DNA of 64,000 nucleotides from Yuukianura sp. NJ FZ-2021 (GCA_046563655.1 CM102284.1:1550001-1614000); one strand, 5' to 3'. Positions 13,649 through 24,900 are shown, counted from the first letter of the stretch. Translations and numbers: made by a program. Notes: generated by a model from the sequence alone, not told the origin.

Positions 13649-15834
13649 ATGAAGCAACTCATTGTAAGTTTTAGTCGCTAAAAACTAGATTTAGACTAGT
13701 AAGCAAAAGTTCAAAAAAACGATTTCAATTTAAGCGTTCGAGAGATGAAAAATTTCGACAAACTTCCGCTCAAAAATTTCACTTTCTCTTTGAAATCTGA
13801 AAAAAAAATCTGGTCTAAGAGATTTTGGAAAATTTTTGTTTTCTCATTGTTTTTTTTTTTAAAAACTCTTCAGTACGCGTGTGTAAATTTGGAATTCGGG
13901 TTATGCAGATTTTGAGCTCAAGTTTGAATTCGGCTGTTCGGATTTTTTGTGCCTATAGACTTGGACTTCGTTTTCCCCCGTTTTTGTTGAGCTTTTTGAA
14001 ATTCACTTTTTCCGATTTTGTTGAACTTAAAGGAATTCGTTTTTTTCTGATTTTGTTGTGAAAAGTTTGTGATTTGTCTTTTTTTTTCTGATTTTGTCGT
14101 CATTTCTGTAATTTCATTTGTGTAAATAGTTTTGTGATTGTTTTTTAAGCTTTTTCTGACCTGGTTGGTCACAGCACATGCGCAATACCCGGGGACTTCG
14201 TACACAATTGCACAGCCATTGGCAACGCCACAACCAACTTACGGACTCCCCACGCAATCTTCTGGACTAGACCAGCAACTCCTGTTGCTCCCACAGTATT
14301 CACCTATTGCTACAAATGCAATTAGCCAAGGTCAAGCTGACACGCAGTATGCCGCACCAGCCGGCGTTCCGGCTAGCCAGCCATATGCAGTACAAAGTCC
14401 AGTATATGCAGCTCCACCTTCCGTAAGCGTCCAGTACTCCTCACCGTCTGCGCAGTACAGTCAACAATATGGACCACCTCAATTGTCTACTGCACAGCAA
14501 TACGCTGCTCCAGCACCATCACCTCCAGCTCAGCTGTACTCCACGCCTACGGCTTCTACTGCACCACAATACGCTACGCCTGCACCAGCATCACAATATT
14601 CGGCTCCTGCACCAGCATCGCAATATTCGGCTCCTGCAACATCTTCAGCTCAGCAGTACTCTCCAGCACAGCAATATGGCGCACCAGAGGCCTTGCCTGC
14701 TCGACAATATTCTGCACCAGCTACGTCGCAACAATATTCTGCACCAGCATCGTCTCAATCTCAGTATTCTGCACCAGCAACGTCACAATCGCAGTACTCT
14801 GCACCAGCATCATCACAACCGCAGTACTCTGCACCAGCAACATCACAACCGCAGTATTCCGCTCCAGCATCATCGCAATCGCAGTATTCCGCACCAGCAT
14901 CGTCACAATCTCAATACTCTGCACCAGCATCGTCACAATCTCAATACTCTGCACCAGCAACATCACAATCACAGTATTCTGCACCAGCACCTCCCCAATC
15001 GCAATACTCTTCACCAGCTCCGTCACAATCGCAGTATTCTGCCCCAGCACCGTCACAATCGCAGTATTCCGCTCCAGCATCATCACAATCGCAGCAATAT
15101 TCTGCACCAGCCCAACCACAATCGCAGCAGTACTCTGCACCAGCACAAGCACAATCGCAGTATTCCGCTCCAGCCCCTTCACAGCAACAACAATCTAGCA
15201 CACCCGATGTAGCTTCGAGTCCTCAACAGTACAGTAACGGTGGAAATGAGCCAGCTCGAAGCAGCGATGCAGGAGCCATTATACACAAACATGTCTACGG
15301 TAAGCAATGAAATCAAAAAAATCGTTGAATTTTTTATGGCTTTCATAAAAAAAATTGAATAAGTTCCTAAAAAGACTTAAAATTTTTTGCTTTTCAGTTC
15401 ATGTCCCACCTCCAGAAATTCCTGAAGTTCGGAAAGCCAAATCGACCGCCGCCCCACCCCCACCGGAGAAACACTACAAAATCCTGTTCATCAAAGCACC
15501 AGAACCTCCTGCCCCTGAACTCCAAGACTACCAACTTCCAGCCGAACCGGAACAGAAGACACTCGTTTATGTTTTAGTCAAGAAACCCGAACCGGGGGCC
15601 CAGGTTCGAATCCCCACGCCTGCACCGACGAAACCCTCCAAACCGGAAGTGTACTTTATCCGTTACAAGAGTCCAACCACCGCACTTCCACCAGTTTCTC
15701 AGTACGGAACTCCCCAAGTTCGGGCAGAACAGGATCAAGCCAGCGGTTATTCGCAGGGTCAAGCAAGTGCACAAGGACAGAGTCAAGCCAATGCAGGGTC
15801 ATCGTCACCCCAAACCGGTGGATACTCAGGCTAA
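13649..15834 (+). CDS. Tweedle-family (DUF243) cuticular protein with a long Ser/Gln/Ala/Pro/Tyr repeat region (exons 13649-13663, 14150-15299, 15398-15834)
   Basis: Spliced signal peptide MKQLI/LFLTWLVTAHAQ. The four DUF243 blocks are present: HKHVYVHVPPPE, KHYKILFIKAP, KTLVYVLVKKP and PSKPEVYFIRYK. Confidence 0.9.
14705..15180 (+). repeat. Coding 30-bp tandem repeat (QYSAPA[S/T/P]SQ[S/P]), about 15-16 copies
   Basis: Unit CAGTATTCTGCACCAGCATCGTCACAATCG with variants, seen directly. Confidence 0.9.
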
Positions 15835-15913
15835 AACTTACACGTCCACTTGCGGCTAATAAAAGATAACTTAATATTTTAACTTCATTTTAATCTAAAA
15901 ATTTAATTTACAT

Positions 15914-17230
15914 TTATTTTTTGTCACTTAACCACTTCCGGTAATCCTCCACTTCAACACCTTCCCAGTGTCCTGCGTTGCGGGATTTAAATGTTGTCAA
16001 AATTTTTTGGTGCAAAGTACGGTCAATTTCGTGTGGAAAGAGCGTGGCAATTTTCAAATTGGTTTCCAATATGTTTTTGTTGGGAATGCTCACTAATGTC
16101 GTCGCAATTGGTTCCGGAGGGTGAAGACTGTACTGAAGTGAGGCCGTTTCTAGTGTTGATCCACTGGCAGCAGCCAACTCTGCAGCAATTCTAGCAGCCT
16201 CCTTTGTTTCATCGGATGCTGCATGCCATGCCGGGGGACCTTGACTGGACAAAAGGCCCATGGCAAGGGGAGCTGCATTTATAATCCCGATTTTGTTTTG
16301 AGCAAAGAACTGAGTTGAGTCGTACAGTGAGTCGTCGTGGAAGTTGTAGCGAGCGTATGACAACACAGTACTTATCTGTCCAGCAGGAACTTTTTCGATA
16401 ATTTGTTTTAACAGGGTCAAATCGTAGCCAGTGATTCCAATAAACCTGGCCTTTCCAGCTTTCACGACTGACTCCAAAGCAGGAATGGTTTCGTTTATCA
16501 AAATGTTAAAATCGTGACAAAACTCGGCATCGTGTACTTGGATAATGTCGACGAAGGGAAGGCGTAACCTTTCAAGACTGGTTTCAACATTTTTCAGTAC
16601 CGCTGAATAGCTAAAGTCAAATCGACCATCCCAATCCGGCGTAAAATTTCGTCCGACCTTGGTTCCAATGTAGTATGCTTGTCGTGGAACTCCCACAAGG
16701 GCTTCTCCAATGATACTATAAAAAAAATTTCAATGAATTCAATCACTTACTACTATGCTAGAAGTTCACAATTAATGGAAACGTAATCTTACCTCTCCGA
16801 CTCGCCGTACCAAGGAGACGTATCCAGGAAATTTATGCCACACTTGATACTCTCACGGATAGTATCAACGGCTTCTTGTCGTCCGACGTCTCTGAAATTA
16901 TGTCACATTAAAGTTGGTTGACAATTCCGCGTGATTCGGCATTACAAAATCGCGTGAAACAATGAATTTGACCTACCGATAAGCTCTTAAGTTAAGCTAT
17001 AGTTGTACACAGTGTGAAAACACAGGCACTAACCCATAGAATCCTCCTAAGGCTGATCCACCATATGACACAGTCGATACGTCCATCCCTGTCTCACCCA
17101 ATGGTCGGTACCTCAAATTCGGTTTCCATTTGTCGCCAGGTAGACTCCGATCGTCCGAATCTTCACAGTTTTCACGTTCTCCATGGAATGCTTCAACATA
17201 GTTGGCGTTCGGTAGACCCCTTATTGACAT
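15914..17230 (-). CDS. Aldo-keto reductase, L-galactose dehydrogenase / D-arabinose 1-dehydrogenase-like (exons 17230-17034, 16891-16793, 16715-15914)
   Basis: Motifs YRPLGETGMDVSTVSYGGSALG, GINFLDTSPWYG, YYIGTKVGR, FDFS, DIIQVHDAEF, ETIPALE..KAGKARFIGITGY and HWEGVEV. The AKR catalytic D/Y/K/H tetrad is present. Confidence 0.85.
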
Positions 17231-17574
17231 TGTTGCCAGTAAAACTAGTGATGATATGGAAAATTTTGAATTGATGAATTTTGAATTGAAAATTCCTAGA
17301 GTTAACTCTAATGGCCAAGACTAAAAGTCTGAAGTGCTGTCTGAAGTGCCTGTAACTTTGTCCAGAAACTCCAGAACTGACTGGAAACAACAAAAACAAT
17401 TCTCCCACCTCCTTCTCACTCGATCCCACCACTGGGAAATGCTGGGAAGTTACTGGGGAAAAAACTACCCCTTTCACTGTCTGAAGTTACTGTCTGAAGT
17501 GGACCCACTATTCCACTGACTCGGCGGAAATCGCATTCGTATGCGGTGGAATTTTGGCTAGTAGCAAGTTGCGA

Positions 17575-18014
17575 GATGCTGGGAAGTCACAAAAATGAGT
17601 TCCCAGCATCTGGTTCATTAGTTCCCGCTACTGGGAAATGGTGGGAAGTGACTAGGGAAGAAACTACCTCTTTATTGTGGGGGGTGGGGGGCAAAAGTCT
17701 GAAGTTGGAATAACTTTGGCTAGGAAGGTGGGAAATGCTGGGAAATCACAAAACTGAGTTCCCAGCATCTGGTTCATTACTTCCCACCACTGGGAAATGG
17801 TGGGAAGCGACTAGGGAAGAAACTACCTCTTTATTGTGGGGGGTGGGGGCAAAAGCCTGAAGTTGTAATAACTTTTTCTAGGAAGGTGGGAAATGCTGGG
17901 AAATCACAAAACTGAGTTCCCAGCATCTGGTTCATTAGTTCCCGCTACTGGGAAATGGTGGGAAGTGACCAGGAAAGAAACTACCTCTTTAATTTGGGGG
18001 TGGGAGGAAAAGTC
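17575..18014 (-). repeat. Left-arm 157-bp tandem array (about 3 copies, inverted relative to the right arm)
   Basis: Reverse complement of the unit at 19285-21245, e.g. ATGCTGGGAAATCACAAAACTGAGTTCCCAGCATCTGGTTCATTA recurring. Confidence 0.9.
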
Positions 18015-19121
18015 CCTTTAGAAGAATTCCAGTATATGAAGTGCTGCAGGATGCAGAGAACGATTTCTGGGCAAGTATTGCTTGTAACAATACGCCCTAC
18101 ATGAATGGAATGCCTTACCAGCCGGAAGAGGAAGTAGGATTGCAAATGAATCAAGCGCATTTGGGAAGTACAGTGAGGCCCAGCTAAAAGAGTACACCCA
18201 AAAATCAGTAATTTGTTTGATTTCACAACTATGGAGGGCAAACGAGTGAAATAACGCAATTTTCGAATTAAGTCCGTCATATTGGAAACTGAAGTTTCAA
18301 AATTTGAGTTAGTTTTCTCCTCGTGTTTAACGGAGTTTTAACTCGTTTCTATGGAAACAAAATAGAGGTGTACTCTTTTAGCTGGGCCTCACTGTATAAT
18401 CTCGGACTACAACGTTCCCGGAGTAACACACCCCTACATGTATGCTGGGGTGAATAATTCATTCGGTCAGTGGCACACAGAAGACTGCGAGCTGTACTCC
18501 GTTAATCAGTGTATTGGCGAAGACGGGAAAAAAATGTGGTGAGTAGAACTAACTAAACTATCATTGTTTTAACGAATTTATTTTAAAATTTTGTGCTGAA
18601 AACAAAGGTACGCAATCAGTCGCGATTGCAAATCTGCTTTTGAACGTGAAATGCAGGAGTTATTTCAGCAAGACTTCCATAGTTGTCATGCTTTCATTCG
18701 CCATAAAACAATTGTCACGTCACCAATTTTCCTGAAAAAAAAGAAAATCAAGTTTTACAAAACGGTGCAAACCACTGGGGAGATAATCGTTACACGACCC
18801 AACGGATACCACCAAATCATAAACCTTAACAACACCTTAAATTTGGCGGTCAACTTCGCGCCAACCAGTTGGATTTCCCACGGCATTCGGGCGTCGCACT
18901 GCCAAGTACACTGCAAGTATGTGGGGTAAGGTTTAATATTTTTATAAACGAATACGTATACTTATACTTGAGTTTACATGTATGTTTACTTCTGTTACTT
19001 TTTTAAAAGTCACAACCCTCGGTTTCCGATGAATGATTTCGTACTGCACAAGGACAGGAAGTTTACGCAGAAGCTGCAAAACTTGGATATTTTAATTGAA
19101 ACTATAATTAATTGTATTTAA
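18014..19121 (+). pseudogene. KDM4/JMJD2-like JmjC histone demethylase domain, 5'-truncated and MITE-interrupted (segments ~18014-18170 + 18397-18538, 18608-18916, 19010-19121; about 240 codons)
   Basis: Manual translation: ..LQDAENDFWASIACNNTPYMNG..MNQAHLGSIISDYNVPGVTHPYMYAGVNNSFGQWHTEDCELYSVNQCIGEDGKKMW/YAISRDCKSAFEREMQELFQQDFHSCHAFIRHKTIVTSPIFLKKKKIKFYKTVQTTGEIIVTRPNGYHQIINLNNTLNLAVNFAPTSWISHGIRASHCQVHCN/HNPRFPMNDFV... This is colinear with KDM4A motifs GVNTPYLY, WHTEDMDLYSIN, CEAFLRHK, GYHAGFN and KISMDVFV. Two GT-AG introns (18539-18607, 18917-19009) keep the frame. Confidence 0.88.
18171..18394. mobile_element. Tc1/mariner-type MITE (224 bp) with TA target-site duplication
   Basis: Perfect 28-bp TIR CAGTGAGGCCCAGCTAAAAGAGTACACC / GGTGTACTCTTTTAGCTGGGCCTCACTG; TA at 18169-18170 and 18395-18396. 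Confidence 0.92.
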
Positions 19122-19284
19122 TTATGCTTAAGTAATAATTACCTCATCAAATATTACAACAAAAATAATTAAATTTATTAATATAATTAAATTAATAACA
19201 ATTAAATTAGTTGTCATTAAAATTGGATTTTTGTTTCTTTGAAAAATCCCATTGTAGTAGTTTTTTTTTTTAAATTCAGGTTTA

Positions 19285-21245
19285 CTTCCCAGGATTTCCC
19301 ATTTCTCAGTGGTTGGAACTAATGAAGGAGATGCTGGGAACTCAGTTTTGTGATTTCCCAGCATTTCCCACTTCTCTGGCCAAAGTTATTACAACTACAG
19401 ACAGCAGTCCCCCCCACAATAAAGAGGTAGTTTCCTCCCTAGTCACTTCCCACCATTTCCCAGTAGCGGGAACTAATGAACCAGATGCTGGGAACTCAGT
19501 TTTGTGATTTCCCAGCATTTCCCACCTTCCTAGCCTAAGTTATTCCAACTTCAGACTTTTGCCCCCACCCCCCACCATAAAGAGGTAGTTTCTTCCCTAG
19601 TCACTTCCAAAAATTTCCCAGTGGTGGGAAGTAATGAGCTGGATGCTAGGAACTCAGTTTTGTTGTTTTACAGCATTTCCCACCTTTCTAGCCAAAGTTA
19701 TTCCAACTTCAGAGTTTTGCCCCCACCCCCACAATAAAGAGGTAGTTTCTTCCCTAGTCACTTCCCACCATTTCCCAGTAGTGGGAACTAATGAACCAGA
19801 TGCTGGGAACTCAGTTTTGCAATTTCCCAGCATTTCCCACTTCTCTGGCCAAAGTTATTCCAACTTCAGAGTTTTCCTCCCACCCCCAAAATAAAGAGGT
19901 AGTTTCTTCCCTAGTCACTTCCCACCATTTCCCAGTAGTGGGAACTAATGAACCAGATGCTGGGAACTCAGTTTTGCAATTTCCCAGCATTTCCCACTTC
20001 TCTGGCCAAAGTTATTCCAACTTCAGAGTTTTCCTCCCACCCCCAAAATAAAGAGGTAGTTTCTCCCCTAGTCACTTCCCACCATTTCCCAGTAGTGGGA
20101 AGTAATGAGCTACATGCTGGGAACTCAGTTTTGTGATTTCCCAGCATTTCCCACCTTTCTAGCCAAAGTTATTCCAACTTCAGAGTTTTCCTCCCACCCC
20201 CAAAATAAAGAGGTAGTTTCTCCCCTAGTCACTTCCCACCATTTCCCAGTAGTGGGAAGTAATGAGCTAGATGCTGGGAACTCATTTTTGTCATTTCCCA
20301 GCATTTCCCACTTCTCTGGCCAAAGTTATTCCAACTTCAGAGTTTTGCCCCCACCCCCAAAATAAAGAGGTAGTTTCTCCCCTAGTCACTTCCCACCATT
20401 TCCCAGTAGTGGGAAGTAATGAGCTAGATGCTGGGAACTCAGTTTTGTGATTTCCCAGCATTTCCCACCTTTCTAGCCAAAGTTATTCCAACTTCAGAGT
20501 TTTGCCACCACCCCCAAAATAAAGAGGTAGTTTCTCCCCTAGTCACTTCCCACCATTTCCCAGTAGTGGGAAGTAATGAGCTACATGCTGGGAACTCAGT
20601 TTTGTGATTTCCCAGCATTTCCCACCTTTCTAGCCAAAGTTATTCCAACTTCAGAGTTTTGCCCCCACCCCCACAATAAAGAGGTAGTTTCTTCCCTAGT
20701 CACTTCCCACCATTTCCCAGTAGCGGGAACTAATGAACCAGATGCTGGGAACTCAGTTTTGCAATTTCCCAGCATTTCCCACTTCTCTGGCCAAAGTTAT
20801 TCCAACTTCAGAGTTTTCCTCCCACCCCCAAAATAAAGAGGTAGTTTCTCCCCTAGTCACTTCCCACCATTTCCCAGTAGTGGGAAGTAATGAGCTAGAT
20901 GCTGGGAACTCAGTTTTGTGATTTCCCAGCATTTCCCACCTTTCTAGCCAAAGTTATTCCAACTTCAGAGTTTTGCCCCCACCCCCCACAATAAAGATGT
21001 AGTTTCTCCTCTAGTCACTTCCCACCATTTCCCAGTAGTGGGAAGTAATGAGCTAGATGCTGGGAACTCAGTTTTGTGATTTCCCAGCATTTCCCACCTT
21101 TCTAGCCAATGTTATTCCCACTTCAGACTTCCACCCACCCACAAAATAAAGAGGTAGTTTTTTCCCCAGACACTTCCCACCATTTCCCAGTGTTGGGAAA
21201 TGATGAACAAGATGCTGGGAACTCAGTTTTGTCATTTCCTGGTAT
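19285..21245 (+). repeat. Right-arm 157-bp tandem array (about 12-13 copies)
   Basis: Equivalent positions at 19634, 19791, 19948, 20105 ... 20576, 20733 are spaced by multiples of 157 bp. Units are near-identical and contain internal palindromes (ATGCTGGGAA..TTCCCAGCAT). Confidence 0.95.
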
Positions 21246-21952
21246 TTCGCACATTCCTACTAGCGAAAATTTTAACCAATGCGATTGCGATTTCTGACGA
21301 ATCAGCGGAATAGTGGGTCCACTTCAGACAGCAACTTCAGACAGCTAAAGGGGTAGTTTTTTCCCCAGTGACTTCCCAGCATTTCCCAGTGGTGGGATCG
21401 AGTGAGAAGGAGGTGGGAGAATTGTTTTTGTGGTTTCCAGTCAGTTCTGGAGTTCCTGGACAAAGTTAGGGGCACTTCAGACAGCACTTCAGACTTTTAG
21501 TCTTGGCCACTCTAATTATTAATCCTATTAGGTAGTAGTTTACGTGGTCTCCCTAAAAGACGTAATCTCGGATTCTGCTGATTTTCGCACACTATTAAAT
21601 CTTAAATTGGTGTGAAATCTGCCGGCATGCGACTCGAAAATCTATTACGTAATGTAGTATTGTGTTTTACCGCTGGATTGCGTGTTGTGCGTTGAGGAAG
21701 TTCTAAGCAAACGAGAATTAAAGGGTACTTTATTAGTATAGTAGCATTGGTACAATTTGTTTGCATTTTTATTCTTGATTCAACGATTACATGCGCGGTT
21801 TAATACTGAGTTAATTTTGAACAAAAAGAAACAGAAGAATAACCTTAAATTTTTTGCTTAAGATAATTTAATTTCTGTTGACATAAGTTGGGTTTACGTA
21901 ATTGTATTGATGACGTCACGTGGTAGTCAGACTTATATTCAAATTTAGAGTT

Positions 21953-24900
21953 TCACATCACAGCATCTACTTTAAAGTCCTTGAAAATGTCTACTCTAAA
22001 CACGGCTTCGTATACGGGATAACCTAGAGGCGTGTCAGCGCCCTCTGTACATAAATTTCTCATGAGGTGCCGGTCGTGCTGAAACAAAATATTTTAAACA
22101 TATATTCTATATATTTAATTTACGTATATATTTGTGTACACTATATTTATAACTTATATTTACTATGTTTTCTACCTGAATCGAAAACCTTTCGTCATCG
22201 TCGCTTGTGAGATACAAAAGTTCCAAATTCAAATTTGCCCAAATTCCCTCCAAAACTCCTTGGTCAAACCCGCCCAACTGAAAGTCGAGACCATTTTTTT
22301 CCGGAACAAAAATTCGCATCTGACTCATGCCTTCTTCCTTAGACGTTATGCACAAAATGGTTTCATTTGTTTCGAAATTTGGAAACGCTGATTTACGCAG
22401 TAAAGCTGAAATTTCTGTTGGTTGGCAAAAAGAAAACTCTGATTCAAATCGGCATAATTGTGTAAAAATTTCATCTTCGGTTGACCCTGTTGACTCCTCA
22501 GTAAAATCCATTTGGTAAATTTCATCCAGTGTTAATTTTGATGCATATCTAACATGTAAATAGTAAAGTCAAAATTTATGGTCCAGTTTCACTGTGGCTT
22601 GTTTTGTAGTTAGCCACTTTGGTCAGTCATGTATTGGCTTTACCTGAAAGATTTTTTCGTAATTTCAACTAAATTTTCGGTATCCAAAGTCCGGATTTTG
22701 TGCGACTCCTGGATAAGGAAATCTTCTTCAAAGTACCGATGAAGTTTAATTTCAAAAAAATCTAGTATCAAATTCAAAAATGGAACCAAATTTCAAAATT
22801 TTGGTTTTAGTCAATTTGGTTTTGGAATTTACCGTTGTTGTTGTGCACAATTTTCCAAATTTTTCTCACGAGTCGTTCCATCCTGTCCTTAATTGCTTTA
22901 GACGGAATAGATTTCCCTACGCATTTCTTAATCCACGACGTTGCACAATCCTCCGGTGGCTCATGCGCAGATCCACGCTGAATTCCTGTCGGAGATGGCC
23001 ATTGCGTCTGCGCAATTGACTCCTCCGTGTTGCTTACTTCGTCAGCCAAAGAAGTTCTGGATCCGGCCCAATTTTTTTCGTCTTTGTCCTCGCTGATTCC
23101 ATAAAATTTTACACGTTTTCCGTTCCAGTAAGCTTCGCCCTTAAATGCCGGTTTTGCTTTGATCCATAGAAACGAAAATGCTTTGAAGAAAAATTTTTCA
23201 AAAAGTTGTTTTTCATGTTCCGAGGTTAAGTAAGGAATTGTTGACTTGGATTCAGAGTAGGCGGGAACTTTGACTTCAAAAAGTGGCCAAACTGCGGTCA
23301 ACTTGTCCTTCAAATTTTTGACCCGACAACAGTGCGTTTCCTCTACGGCATTTTTTTCAAAAATTTCATCCATCCATGCAGATTCCTACAAAAGTTTTTT
23401 GAAAGCATACACAACTTTTTTGAAAAATGAAATTCAAAAATAAAATTTCCTGATTTTTTTTTTTTTTTTGAAATTTTACTTGATGATGACACGACGTCTG
23501 TTCTTGGAGTTCAAGACCTTTGACCCCGACGTACACAAAATTCAGTCCAGCTCCCAAAATTCGCAAAAAGAGCAGCCGATCTTCGTATCTAGCTACAAAA
23601 GCATCTCTTGGTCGCAAATCTAAACAATACATAAAATTCAAATTTCAAAATTTGGAAAGTGTTTTGAAAAAAAATGTTTCAAATTCTGCACTTACTCCGA
23701 CCACTGATAGTAGCGTTCTTAACAAATTCAGTAACCAGAGAAAAACCGATTGCTGAGTAAATAGCTTCGTCCAGAGAACAATTTGCTTCGTCTTTTTTTC
23801 GTTTTCGACGAAACCAGTTTCCTTTCCAAAACGAAATTGGCCTTGGAAATCCAAGTATGAAAATTGGCAAAGTGAAGAGCGGCGTTAAAGTTGAACCTTC
23901 TATAATACTTGCCAGCATTAGTGACGTCATTGACATTGGCATCGCTAAAAGGCACATTACTAAAAATTCAAAAACAGAAGATCAAAATTCCCGCCATTTT
24001 TTAAAACATTGGATAAGTTGTTATTCTAGTCAAAGTAACTTTTACTTGTACTTTGACTTAGGAAAATGAGGATATCCTCATTTTTGTAAAGTCAAACTGG
24101 TAAGTCAAAGTATAAGTTCGAGTGGAAGTTTGACTGAGAATTGAGTTTTTCACTCAAACTTCAGAACTTAGACTTTGTGTGTGGTTTCCTTCGGTTGAAG
24201 TGAACTTTTACTCCACTGATGTGTTTTCCACAAAATACATTGTACTTTTACATCCCCCCATCATCGTCGGAAACTTTCAATGCTCATTTTTATTTCCCGA
24301 GATGTAAAAAACTTAATTAAAATTTTAATTAAAATTAAAATTCTTCAGGATTGCAACCACTCATCCGAGGTCATGTGCTAGAAATTGATAATTACGCGTT
24401 TCAATTGTCCCTGAATACAAATTTAACCTTAAGAACTTTGGAAAATGAAATCCTAATTAACTAATTGCAATTAATAATTACGTTTAATTAGCACGATTAA
24501 CATACCAGATACGTACATTTAGGGTGATTTCGTGTCGCTGACAACGAAAATGACTTCAAAAACGTTGAAAAGCTAAACCTGGTTAACTTATTGCGATTAA
24601 TAACTAACTTTAATTGGTTAATTAAGTTCAGGTACTTCAACGTTTATGAAGTCATTTTAGTGCTCGGCGACCCAAAACCACCGTAAATGTATGGTCTGGT
24701 ATGCTAATTGTACTAACTGAAGGTAATTACAGATTGCAATTAGTTAACTCTGATTACGTATTACAACATTTTTGAGCTCGAATTCGTGCTCAGCGAGAAC
24801 TAAAATTTGTAGTTATCAATTTTCATGCGGTTCAATACAATTCAACGAGGAGTTAAAGTTTACTTCAACCATTTTTTCATTGAAGTCAAAGTAAAACTGA

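Larger units (their letters stand above)
17313..21508. mobile_element. Non-autonomous foldback-type TIR DNA transposon (4196 bp) carrying a JmjC gene fragment
   Basis: Ends GGCCAAGACTAAAAGTCTGAAGTGCTGTCTGAAGTGCC (17313) and its exact reverse complement ending at 21508. The ~250-bp outer TIR continues into inverted 157-bp arrays. Flanked by a perfect 8-bp direct repeat ACTCTAAT (17305-17312 and 21509-21516). No transposase ORF seen. Confidence 0.92.

Noticed and set aside
14469-15212. His-rich, Cys-rich and Val-rich alternative-frame ORFs over the Tweedle repeat
   Set aside because: Shadow frames of a 30-bp coding repeat; only the frame with the signal peptide and DUF243 is supported.
17334-17519. 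Twin 61-aa ORFs at 17334-17519 (+) and 21302-21487 (-)
   Set aside because: They are the two TIRs read in opposite directions and start at non-ATG codons.
19285-21245. 157-bp array as a CRISPR array, or as protein-coding repeats (many 62-86 aa ORFs)
   Set aside because: Units are contiguous and near-identical with no unique spacers, there are no cas genes and the context is eukaryotic. The ORFs are by-products of a repeat whose length is not a multiple of 3.
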